DNA from: Octopus vulgaris | Lineage: Eukaryota | Direction of reading: 5' to 3' | Length of the DNA stretch: 64,000 bases | Assembly: GCA_951406725.2 (NCBI GenBank) | Contig: OX597814.1 | Span: 75,826,001-75,890,000 of the forward strand | Shown here: one piece after another, positions 11,044-22,720 of the stretch | How positions within the stretch are numbered: the stretch's first letter is position 1 | How the letters are laid out: the number at the start of each line of letters is the position of its first letter | The notes under the pieces: model-generated | What the model was told of the DNA's origin: nothing | The model's input: only the letters and a program-made list of their open reading frames with translations | Database searches by the model: none | Translations under genes and position numbers: made by a program

Positions 11044-12971
11044 TTATTCCTACCCACAAGGGGCCAACATAGAGGGGACAATACAATCGGGAAAAATAAA
11101 ATAATGAATTATGAAGTTTGTACAATGTGGTGTAATGCCCACTCGATCCCCGAAATCGAGCGGTTACATTTCGTCATTTTTTTTTACGTCAACAATATTT
11201 TCCAAATAAAAACATTTTACACATTTTCAACATACATTTCAAAAATTTTACAAAGTTCAACATTTTTTTTTTCAGAATTTAAAGTTCTTTGAATCATTTC
11301 CACATTAAAATTTTCACAATACCTTTTCTTTTATATATACTCCATTATCTCTACCAAATCTTGGTAGATTTCCATCGTTCGTGGTCACCTTGTAAGTCGG
11401 CATTTCATATGTTTTGACACGTTCTTGCCAGCTGCCTCGATGAATGCCTCAGCGTCGTTCTCGTGGACGAGTGCACCTGTTTCTTTCCATTCGGTGCCCA
11501 TCCTGACCCACGTATATCCATTTGTTACGTTTATTAAATCTTCCATCCCCTCACAGTGCCTGTGATGGATCAACGTTCCATAGTATTTGAATTTTCTATT
11601 CGTACCTGCATTTTCTCTAGTTTTTCTCTTAGGACTTACTTCCTCTTTTTTCTCCTCTCTCGGTTTCTCTCTTTCTCTCTTTTTGCTTTCTCTTCTTTCT
11701 TTTTCCTTCTCTTGTTTTTTTTTCTCTTTGTCTGTCGTCTCTCTACCCTGTGCCTTATGTTCCTTTCCTGTTGTTTCTTTTCCTTTTTGCATACCATCTT
11801 TTCCTTTCTCTTGGTTCTGTTCCTTCTCTTGTTCTTTTCCTGTTTTTTCTCTTTCCTTTAATGTACTTTCCTTTTCTTTCTCTTGCTTCTGCCTTGGCTC
11901 CTTCTCCACTACTTCTGCACCCTGTGAATTTTGCTCCTTTTCTACTATCTTCTTCCCTTTGTTTTCATTTTCCTTCAGTGCGCTGTTACTTCCCTTCTAT
12001 TGTTGTTTCTCCGTTATTTCCTTTTCCTCGTTTTCGCTGTTCTTTCCTTCGTATTCTTTTTCCTTCTCTTTTTTGTTCTCTCCACTTTGTGTCTCTTTTT
12101 GCTCCGCTGTGAATTCATACAGCGGACATTCCTTTTTTATGTGCCCTCTTGATCCGCACAAGTAGCAATTCGGTTTTCTCCCCTCCACTATTACACTAAT
12201 TGTTTTCTCGTTTTCTATTTCTATTTGGAAGGGAAACCTTTCGATATCTTCCATTGTGGCCATCAGCCACAACTCTACTCCGAATCCCTTCCAATTTACA
12301 ACGTTGGTCTCCTTGATTGACCCTATTTCTACTTCCTCCTTTGCTGACCCTAGAATGGCTGTTACCAGCATTTCTGTTTTTATTTCTGGGGGCACCTTTG
12401 GGACTCTTACCCGTACCCCTCGTCTTCCTTTATACGTCGGCCACATAGTGAAATTTTCGGCTTTCAGAACAGTGGAAGCTAATGAGGCCGCCACTTCCTT
12501 TGTTGCGCATCTCACCTCCACCGTATCATATTTCTTTCTTCTGTCAACAAAAGTCGCTTTTTTCATGATGTCCCCCAGACATTTCTCTATTTCTTCAATC
12601 GTCACTCTCACCAGTTTTCTCGTGTTCCTATCTTGCGTTCTATACGTTATCGTCTTGTTATTTCTCTCCTCTATTGTTTCAACAGGCGGGACCAGCTTCA
12701 CGCTGTCACCCTCCCTTTTGACGAACTTCTCGTATTCCTTCAATTGTTCTTTTCTAAAGAACACTTCTCTTATTCTAAGAGACTCATCACTTTTTGTTGT
12801 GGCGACCCCCGCGTAAGTCTCCCTGACTAGAGGGTCGACACACCTTCTATAAAAGGTTCAAACACGCAGCGGCAGACGCCTCGCGCGATTCAATTTTTGA
12901 CAATTTTTTAACAGTTTTTTTCTCAAATTTTTCACATACAAAATAACTAACCAACACACTCAATGAAGACT
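11044..12971 (-). mobile_element. ORF1-only retroelement, unit 1 (type A)
   Basis: 5' end AGTCTTCATTGAGTG; ORF1-like reading frame; 3' end TCCCCTCTATGTTGGCCCCTTGTGGG..AATAAA; no EN or RT. Confidence 0.85.
11334..12856 (-). pseudogene. Gag/ORF1-like protein of unit 1 (CCHC knuckle, K/E-rich coil, conserved C-terminal domain)
   Basis: ORFs 11997-12764 and 11385-11909 are in the same frame, split by one TAG; CYLCGSRGHIKKEC; premature TGA at 11385-11387 where unit 3 has TGG; no ATG at the homologous start. Confidence 0.82.
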
Positions 12972-12977
12972 GGCATT

Positions 12978-14905
12978 ATTTTATTATTACCCACAAGGGG
13001 CGAACATAGAGGGGACAGTACAATCGGGGAAAAAAAAATGAAATATGAAATATGTATAAATGTGGTGTAATGTCCCACCCGATCCCCGAAATCAGGTGGT
13101 TACATTTCGTCGTTTTTAATTACATTTTATAATGTTTTCAAAAGTAACAAATTCATTTTTCAGCATTTCGCAATACATTTCAATACATTTCAAAATATAA
13201 TTTCAAAATACATTATCAATTACAGAAAAATTGTTTTCGCAAATTCTCATATAAAGCTTTCGCAATACATCTTTAAGATTTCAAAATACATTTGAAATAA
13301 ACAAAAGTCTTTCCAAATTCTCTCTTTTTTTTTCTTATAATTTTAAATTAGCTCCATTACCTTTTTCAGGTCATTGTAGTCTTCCATTTCTCGTGGGTAC
13401 CTTAGTAGTCGGCACTTCGTGTGTCTTGTTACGTTCATACCAGCGGCCTCGATAAACGCATCGGCGTTGTCTTCATGGACCAGTGCACCCGTTTCCTTCC
13501 ACTCCGTGCCCATCCTGACCCATGAATATCCCTCCGTTTCACTTATTAGTTCCTCCATCTCCCCACAGTGTCTGTATTGAACCAATGTTCCGTAAAATTT
13601 GTATCTTCTATTTGACCCTATGTTTTCTTTAGTTTTCCTCTTCGGACTTACTTCTTCTTTACCTTCCTCTCTCGGTTTTTCTCTTTCTGCTTTCCTTTTC
13701 TTTTTCCTTCTCTTGTCTTTTTGGTTCTTTGTCTGTCGTATATTCTTTTCCTGTTTTTTCTTTTTCTTTTTGTGTAGCAGCCTTTCCTTTCTCTTGGTTC
13801 TGTTCCTTCTCTTGTTTTTTTCCTGTTTTTTCTCTTTCCTTTATTTTACTTTCTTTTTCATTCTCTATTACCTGTGACTTTTGTTCTTTTTCTATTAATT
13901 TCTTCCCTTTGCTTTCATTTTCCGTCTGTGTATTGTTATTTCCTTTTACCGTTGTTTCCTTTTCCTTACTTTCTTTCTCCTTTAGAGTATTGTTCCCTTC
14001 TTCGGGTTCTTTTTCTTTCTCTTTTTTGTTTTCCTCTACTTTTTCACACTCCGCCACGAATTCGTAAAGCGGACATTCTTTTTTAATGTGACCTCTTGTC
14101 CCACATAAATAACAGTTGAGTTTCCTCCCCTCAACGATTACGCAGAGGGTTCTACCATCTTCTACTTCTATTTGGAAGGGAATTCGATCTATATCGCTGT
14201 TTGTGGCCGTCAGCCACATCTCTACTCCGAATCCCTTCCATTTCACTATGCTAGTCTCCTTTATCGATCCAATTTCTATATCTTCCTCTGCTGATCCTAG
14301 GATGGCTGTTACCAGCCATTCTGTTTTTAAATCTGGGGGTATATTTGGGATTTTAACCCGTACCCCTCTTTTCCCTTTGTAGGTAGGCCACATGACGAAG
14401 TTTTCAGCTCTGAGTACGGTGGTAGCTAGCGAGGCCGCAACTTCTTTTGTTGCGTACCTCACCTCCACCGTACCATATTTCTTGCCTCTGCACACAAAGG
14501 TAGCCTTTTTCATAAAGTCGTCCAGACATTTTTCTATGTCTTCTATTGCTATTCTTGATAGCTTTCTTGTGGTCGTGTCCTGTGTCCTATAAATTATAGT
14601 TTTGTCCTCTTTTTCCTCCTTTGCTTCAGCAGGGGGGACAAACTTCACTCTATCACCCTCCCTTTCAATGAATTTCTCAAATTCCTCTAGCTGTTCTTTT
14701 TTAAAGAACACCTCTCTTACTGTCAGCAGCGTATCGCTTTTCATTGCGGCGACCCCCGCGTAAGTCTCCATGACTTGAGGGTCGGCGCACTTTCTACAAA
14801 AAGTTTCCAACGCGCAGCGGCAAATGCCTCGCGCGATTCAAATTTCAATTTCTATATACAAAGATTACAAAAATTACCAATTACTTAATACACTCAATGA
14901 AGACT
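12978..14905 (-). mobile_element. ORF1-only retroelement, unit 2 (divergent type B)
   Basis: Same termini and architecture as units 1 and 3, but clearly diverged in sequence. Confidence 0.85.
13343..14771 (-). pseudogene. Gag/ORF1-like protein of unit 2
   Basis: ORF 13659-14810 (ATG at 14771; CYLCGTRGHIKKEC) plus C-terminal ORF 13343-13585; frameshift in the A-rich tract near 13700. Confidence 0.85.
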
Positions 14906-14911
14906 GGCATT

Positions 14912-16812
14912 ATTTTATTATTACACACAAGGGGCCAACATAGAGGGGACAATACAATCGGGAAAAATAAATAATGAATTATGAAGTTTGTACATTGTGG
15001 TGTAATGCCCACTCGATCCCCGAAATCGAGCGGTTACATTTCGTCATTTTTTTTTTATTACGTCAACAATATTTTCCAAATAAAAACATTTTACACATTT
15101 TCAACATACATTTCAAAAATTTTACAAAATTCAAAATTTTTTTTTTCAGAATTTAAAGTTCTTTTTATCATTTCCACATTAAAATTTTCACAATACCTTT
15201 TCTTTTATATAAACTCCATTATCTCTACCAAATCTTGGTAAATTTCCATCGTTCGTGGCCACCTTGTAAGTCGGCATTTCATATGTTTTGACACGTTCTT
15301 GCCAGCTGCCTCGATGAACGCCTCAACGTCGTTCTCGTGGACGAGTGCACCTGTTTCTTTCCATTCGGTGCCCATCTTGACCCACGTATATCCATTTGTT
15401 ACGTTTATTAAATTTTCCATCCCCTCACAGTGCCTGTGATGGATCAACGTTCCATAGTATTTGAATTTTCTATTCGTACCTACGTTTTCTCTAGTTTTTC
15501 TCTTAGGACTTACTTCCTCTTTTTTCTCCTCCCTCGGTTTCTCTCTTTTTGCTTTCTCTTCTTTCTTTTTCCTTCTCTTGTCTTTTTGGCTCTTTGTCTG
15601 TCGTCTCTCTACCCTGTGCCTTATGTTCCTTTCCTGTTGTTTCTTTTCCTTTTTGCATACTATCTTTTCCTTTCTCTTGGTTCTGTTCCTTCTCTTGTTC
15701 TTTTCCTGTTTTTTCTCTTTCCTTTAATGTACTTTCCTTTTCTTTCTCTTGCTTCTGCTTTAGCTCCTTCTCCACCCTGTGAATTTTGCTCCTTTTCTAC
15801 TATCTTCTTCCCTTTGTTTTCATTTTCCTTCAGTGCGCTGTTACTTCCCTTCTATTGTTGTTTCTCCGTTATTTCCTTTTCCTTGTTTTCGCTGTTCTTT
15901 CCTTCGTGTTCGTTTTCCTTCTCTCCACTTTGTGTCTCTTTTTGCTCCGCTGTGAATTCATACAGCGGAACATTCCTTTTTATGTGCCCTCTTGATCCGC
16001 ACAGGTAGCAATTCGGTTTTCTGCCCTCCACTATTACACTAATTGTTTTCTCGTTTTCTATTTCTATTTGGAAGGGAAACCTTTCGATGTCTTCCATTGT
16101 GGCCATCAGCCACAACTCTACTCCGAATCCCTTCCAATTTACAACGTTGGTCTCCTTGATTGACCCTATTTCTACTTCCTCCTTTGCTGCCCCAATAATG
16201 GCTGTTACCAGCATTTCTGTTTTAATTTCTGGGGGCACCTTTGGGACTCTTACCCGTACCCCTCGTCTTCCTTTATACGTCGGCCACATAGTGAAATTTT
16301 CGGCTTTCAGAACAGTGGAAGCTAATGAGGCTGCCACTTCCTTTGTTGCGCATCTCACCTCCACCGTACCATATTTCTTTCCTGTCTACAAAAGTCGCTT
16401 TTTTCATGATGTCCCCCAGACATTTTTCTATTTCTTCAATCGTCACTCTCACCAGTTTTCTCGTGTTTCTATCTTGCGTTCTATACGTTATCATCTTGTT
16501 ATTTGTCTCCTCTATTGTTTCAACAGGCGGGACCAGCTTCACGCTGTCATCCTCCCTTTTGACGAACTTCTCGTATTCCTTCAATTGTTCTTCTCTAAAG
16601 AACACTTCTCTTATTCTAAGAGACTCATCACTTTTTATTGTGGCGACCCCCGCGTAAGTCTCCCTGACTAGAGGGTCGACACACCTTCTATAAAAGGTTC
16701 AAACACGCAGCGGCAGACGCCTCGCGCGATTCAATTTTTGACAATTTTTTAACAGTTTTTTTCTCAAATTTTTCACATACAAAATAACTAACCAACACAC
16801 TCAATGAAGACT
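14912..16812 (-). mobile_element. ORF1-only retroelement, unit 3 (type A', near-identical to unit 1)
   Basis: Collinear with 11044-12971, with small indels. Confidence 0.85.
15205..16697 (-). pseudogene. Gag/ORF1-like protein of unit 3, several frameshifts
   Basis: Fragments 16273-16605, 15852-16364, 15503-15775 and 15205-15447 match unit 1. Confidence 0.82.
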
Positions 16813-17099
16813 GGCATTGGCAGCTCTTCTTTTTTCTCTACATATGTATACTTTATAGACAATAGTCTTTTCTTTAATTCAATTTTTTATTACCCATCTG
16901 GACTATTCCATTTCTGCTCGCTAATTTTATTTTTAAATTGTTCCCATTCATGTGAAACCACTTATTCAAGTTCAAATCATTGATGCAATTTTATACCAAT
17001 TGCTATTTTTACTTTTGTTATGTTACGATTATATTACACTTTAGTTTGATTTTAATTATTACTTACTACATATAATTCAATTGTTGTTATTATTTTTAT

Positions 17100-17371
17100 T
17101 GTTAAAGTGAAAGTATCTGACATAAAATAGAGAAATGTTTTTGTTTCACTTTTAACACGTAATTCTGAAATAGTGGAGAAGATATGATATTGCTATGGGC
17201 TCGCCCTAGGCAAGAAGTTGAACATTTTTTTTTGCCCATGAAACTACGTGGACCATAAGTAAGGCATGTGTAAAATTTGAATGATATTGGTTGTGTAGTT
17301 CTCAAGTTTTAGCGAAACACACAGACAGACAGACAGACAGACACACATTCTCAGTTTTATATATATAAAGA
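17100..17371 (-). mobile_element. Helitron-like 5' end with internal (CAGA)n
   Basis: The minus strand starts TCTTTATATATATAAAACTGAG.., like the family-A 5' ends. No adjacent hairpin-CTAG was found, so the left boundary is uncertain. Confidence 0.6.
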
Positions 17372-17859
17372 TACACACACAGAAGGAGAGAGAAGGAGGA
17401 ATTGAGAGAAAAGAGGTAAAGAATTAAATGCTGGATGAGTACTACACTCACTAAAAGGTTGAGCAAATCTATGATCACAGGTATTGTAGTCATCACCATT
17501 CCCTTTTTCCTTCAGATTATATCATCCAATGAGTCCATCCAATTTAAAAATTTTTAAATATGAGGTGGCTAGAAACTTGGTTGCTATTTCTATCAGAGCT
17601 TCCTCATTGGCTTGTCCATTAAACCGTTGACATAGACAGTGGATAGCTGTTTATGTGAGAAGTTTAGTAACAGACACACCAAGACTTAGACACAAAACCA
17701 ATGTTGGACGATGACTGATAACTAATGAGAAACATATTGAGATGAGTGGGGTCTCTTGTGTAAGCATGTCCCATTTTTTGATTCATGAGACAACATAAAG
17801 TCAGCATTGCAAGCTAAACAAAACTTTTGTTCATCATATAAGGGGCAGATGGTATTCGT

Positions 17860-18493
17860 TTGCACGATGACTGTCTTAGGAAAAAATAAAACAATGTTTT
17901 TAATTTTTGAGATATATTTGTCAAATTTATGTCAGTTTGTCTTCATGACATGTTCTGTTGATCTCACTCAATGACCCCACTTTTGGTCTCAACGATAGCT
18001 TCCAGGTGACCTTGGAAATGGTTGCAGGCCTTCATCACTATCCCCTGTTTTAGACCTCTGAAGACCCTTGTAATTGTGGTCCCCAGCTCATCCTTCATTT
18101 TTCAGCTGGATTTTTTGATCTCTTATTCCATCTAAATTTCATCGACAAATTTCAGCATTTTGATGACATCAGATCATCAACCATGGGTTTTCCTCTCTGT
18201 TGTCACCTCATAGTGGAATCCTGAATCTGCCAGTTCCTTTCTTGCCTTTTCCACCATCCTTCTGCTGATGTTGAGGAAGTCTGAAATCTCCTTGTCTATT
18301 CTTCTGGTGTAGATTCCAAGGAGGACTCTATGCCTTTTCTGGGTTCAAACTTTTCTAAAGTCAATTATTCTGCATAAAAATAAAGCAAAAGTGATTGTTG
18401 TTTTTAAGAAGAAAAAGACCAACAGTGAAAGTAAAAAAAATATGCGTAAAATAAGCAATTGAAAATTGCAAACAAATACCATCCACACCCTGT
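17860..18493 (-). mobile_element. Degraded, internally deleted Tc1/mariner element
   Basis: TA-CAGGGTG terminus at ~18493; HTH-like QKRHRVLLG..KEISDFLNISRRMV at ~18240-18340. Confidence 0.55.
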
Positions 18494-18801
18494 ACACTGC
18501 TTCCTGTTTCTGTAGTGATATGTATTTACAACTACTTGAATTGTAAAGTAAGATATAAATGTCATAGTCAAAGAGTCAGTGAGCCAGTCTCCCACTATAC
18601 TCATGAGCACTGCTGTTAAGTTCCAGTATTTATAGCAATAGCAATGATACCTAACAGCTGCATTGATTCCTCCAGTTTGGAAAGACTTTCAAAGAGCTTT
18701 GGGATTGCCTCACTTTCTACTCACACCCTAATAACATTGACATAATACTTCTGATCCAATCCCCCTCACACATACACACACACATGCACAAACACACACA
18801 T

Positions 18802-18875
<74 letters not shown>

Positions 18876-20141
18876 TCAACTTCTATTAGCATTTCCATTA
18901 GTGTCATTAATATCATTAAGCAATATTATCATCATCAGAAACAAATAATATCAATATCAATAATAACAATAACAACAACAACAACAACATCAATAGGAAC
19001 ACTTTAGTCTCACTCCAATCACTAGTAACACACATTTACTTTAACAGCCATCATAACCTTCCTCCTATCACACTGACCTTCACATGAATTATTGTACAGT
19101 ACAGACAATTGCATTTCTTGTTTCCATCATCAACATCTCGCTTACCAAATAAGAATCAAAATGTTTCGATTTATTTCACTCAACTCTTTGTTCATCTATT
19201 GATCTTTCTCAAAACAGATTGTCAAATAGTTATAACATTCTGTGGAAACCAGCAACACATGACTTACTGAGATCAGAATTGTTCTGTCTTAAACATGGTA
19301 ATAGCCATTATATTTATTCCAATATATTTGTTTTGATTTGAGCGTAATGGATGTCATTAATGTGTGCTTGTGAAAACTGTTTTGATGACAGTTTAATAAT
19401 GTCGACACCCAAATTGATCAGCAATAAACTGTTGCACATTAGCGAAAACGCTTGCAATCACAGCACATGTTGGTGTTGTTTATGTTATATATATTTTTCT
19501 TGATTAGTTTTATTTTTTTCTCCTTCTATAGATAATTTCAAATGTTTCAATTAAAGATATTTTTTCTTTTTATTTCATGTTATTTTCTACGTTCATATAT
19601 GATAGAAAACTTAATACTCTATTCAAAAGAGAGATAAGATATGTTATTAGTGTCATGTATATCACCGTCACCATCACCATTATATGATTAATAACAAAAG
19701 TTTCACCAGCACTACCACCACCACCATCACTCTACCATCACTGCTACTACTATTGCTACCTTTAATGTTGATACTATCATCAAGCTTTATTCCTGGTAAC
19801 ACCCACTGCCACTGAGGGTGTTACCAGGAATGATATGAAGAACACCAGAACTTTAACATCATGAATAACTTCCTTCAAGCTAAAATATGTATAACAGAAA
19901 AAGATCAACCATGACTAATTAGAGCAATGATCAAAAATATTCCAGCCATGGTCATCTTGTCTTTTTTTTTTATGGGCAGTATCTAGAACTATAGATTGCA
20001 GTAAGGGCATCTATTAGTTCACTTTGCAATCATGAAGTTTTGGGTTCGATCTCACTGAGTGACATGTTGGCCAAGTATCTTTTACCATAACTTTGGATCA
20101 GATTGTGAGTTAAACCAGATAGATAAAAACTGTAAGGAAGC

Positions 20142-20369
20142 TTAACTCTTTAGTATTCAGATTACTCTATCAAATGTCATGCTTATTTAATCACATTGTC
20201 TTGAATTAATTATTCCTTATCTTGTAGCTTCAAGAATTTGATGATGTGATTGTTTATCTTTTGAATGACTTTGTTGGGTTGGTGTGAGAGGCCGGATTTG
20301 GCCAGTTTGAACACAAAATGGTTTGAATATTTGAGCCAGATATGACTGGTTTGAATACTAAATGGTTAA
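20142..20369. mobile_element. TTAA-flanked MITE (piggyBac-like), family 1
   Basis: ttaactctttagtattc..gaatactaaatggttaa; copies at 21125, 50571 and 54305. Confidence 0.8.
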
Positions 20370-21124
20370 AGGTCCATCATGGTCACATGTATTGTCATGT
20401 TGACTCTACCTGAGAAAAACATTAAACGAACATGTGTCAGTGGAATATTTAGCCACTTGTATGCTAATTCAATGAGTAGGCAGTACACTTGATTGAGCAA
20501 CTGAGAACTCATCATCAGAAATTCATTTATTTTTATTTCTTTAAAACTAAATTATCTGCCTTGACTCTTCCTCTTTTTTAAAGATGTTTAGATATGATTT
20601 GAGGATGATTTGGCTACTATATCTAATGGCTGAACGGTTATGTAGAAATTCTCTCATTGTTTGTTGTAAGTGGCAAAGATATTGTCTTTTGTTCATATAT
20701 GAAGAGGTGAACTCAGGAAAGAAAAGGTTATGACAATTACAACTATACTCATATCAAAAGCATTGATACCAGCAGAAGGAGCCTCTATGTAGTCACTTTG
20801 CCTGTTTGAAATAACAACCAAATCTTCACATCACATTCTGCTACCTTAAAAAGAAATATCACAGCCAACAAAATTAGTCTTAGCTATCCGAAAGATATCA
20901 CCACAAGGTCCAGTTATTGTTGTAGTGTGGTGGCTTGTATGCCCTAAGGACTCAGAAAGCTATGTCAGCAGTGTGCAAGTTCCTGGTAGGGTCTTCCATG
21001 CAGTAGAGGTTAAAGGACAGACACCAGACTAATATGGATCATCTCTTTCCAGAGATAAAAATGGGTTTGTGTGGGGCCAACACTCCTACCTGGAAAAAAT
21101 AAAGTTACAGAAGCAGGTAATAAT

Positions 21125-21346
21125 TTAACCTTTCAGTGTTCAGATTAGTTTGTCAAACATAATGCTTATTGATTCACATTGTTTTGAATTAATCATGCAT
21201 TATTCCATATCTCGAAGATTTTGATGATGTGATTATTTAATGTAGAATAACATTGTAGGGTGTGAGAGCCTGGATCTGGTCAGTTTGACATAAAACAGAT
21301 GGAATATTTTGGCTGGATGTGGTTGGTTGAAATGCTAAAGGGTTAA
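21125..21346. mobile_element. TTAA-flanked MITE, family 1
   Basis: ttaacctttcagtg..aatgctaaagggttaa; internal similarity to the 20142 copy. Confidence 0.8.
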
Positions 21347-22720
21347 ACCAAGAAGGCCAAAGAAAAGGCTTGTCCACAAGGAAGACAACCCAGAGTTGAG
21401 CAGAGTCATTGATATCCCATGTTTCATGGACTTAAATAAGTATCCCAAAGATAGAAAAACAGCTAGAATGCCTTTAAATTATGAGTCACATCCTTATAAG
21501 TGACTGAGACATTGTATTATTGAGAAATTCTTTAATGTTCAGAACTGAGCTTCAAAAATTTTCGATGGAGAAATCCCATGTAAGGGCCAGGTGTTTTGCA
21601 ATACATATACAAGGAGACAGAGACTTTAAGCTCCAAAAGTTGCGAATGATTCATTATTCCTTGAATGTCTCTTCCTGTTTGACTATTGATCAGCATGACA
21701 AACATACTGAGGATGGTAACCAAGTGAATCTGAGGCACAACCCTAATATCTAAATTGATCGACAACAGCAGCAAACAGGATAACTACTGGTCCTACCTTC
21801 CCGTGGCCCTGGAAGTAAATATATATTGCATGAAGATGGCTGAAAATCTTAAGGATTAGCAATCTTCCTTTTGAACTAAAATATGTACCAAGGAGAGAGG
21901 TTTAGCGTGCTAAATGACACGTTTTGTTAGTATGAACAAACTAAACTTTGGAAACGTAAAGTTGTCCTAAAACATAAACATCATCATCGTCAATATTATC
22001 ATCATCATCATCATTGCATTGTTATCATCACTGTCATCATTGTTATTACCATGTTCACAACCACAACCACCAGAATTACCAGCAGCAGCAGCAGCAACAG
22101 CAGCATCACCAGCAACAGCAACACCAGCACTCTATCACCATCATTATCATATCCATCAATGATCATCATACAACATGATTTTGCATTCAATTTTATTTTC
22201 TATGCAGGCTGGAAGAAAGTTGTGGACATGTTTTCTGAGTAGTCTTAATTCTGTTTCCCATATTGTTTCTGAATTCTTATCTCTAGTCAAGTATTTTTTC
22301 AGACCCACTTCCTGTTAATTCTCTTTTATCAACTTAAACTCATACTGCTTTGTCCACTAGAAATATGAGACTCTCCCGTTTACCCTTCCTTACTTCTGTC
22401 CTTAACTCCTTGTCTTTCTATGGCTGCTGTACATAGTAGAGTAATATTTATAGTTTATTCCACTTAGCTATTCATGGATGTAATTAACAATTTAAAGCTT
22501 ATTCCACTTAGTTATTAATGGCTGTAATTAACAAATATTTAGTTGGCTTGCATAGATGAATTTATGTCCATCTAGGGATATGAGGATTTCAATGGAAAAC
22601 ATGAAGGAATCCCTGTGCAGTCACTCAACCTGGTAGAAATAGCAGCCAAGTCTTCCTTGGATCATACATTAAAGTCTTTTTCAAAAGGATATATTTGGTA
22701 ATATACTTCTAGATACACTA

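Noticed and set aside
11556-16671. Plus-strand F/S/L-rich ORFs resembling membrane proteins
   Set aside because: Antisense shadows of the purine-rich K/E-coding minus strand.
11044-16812. Units interpreted as LTRs, as a host gene family or as a simple assembly duplication
   Set aside because: No TG..CA ends or PBS; intronless and homologous to LINE ORF1; units 1 and 3 differ by many substitutions and indels and are separated by a divergent unit.
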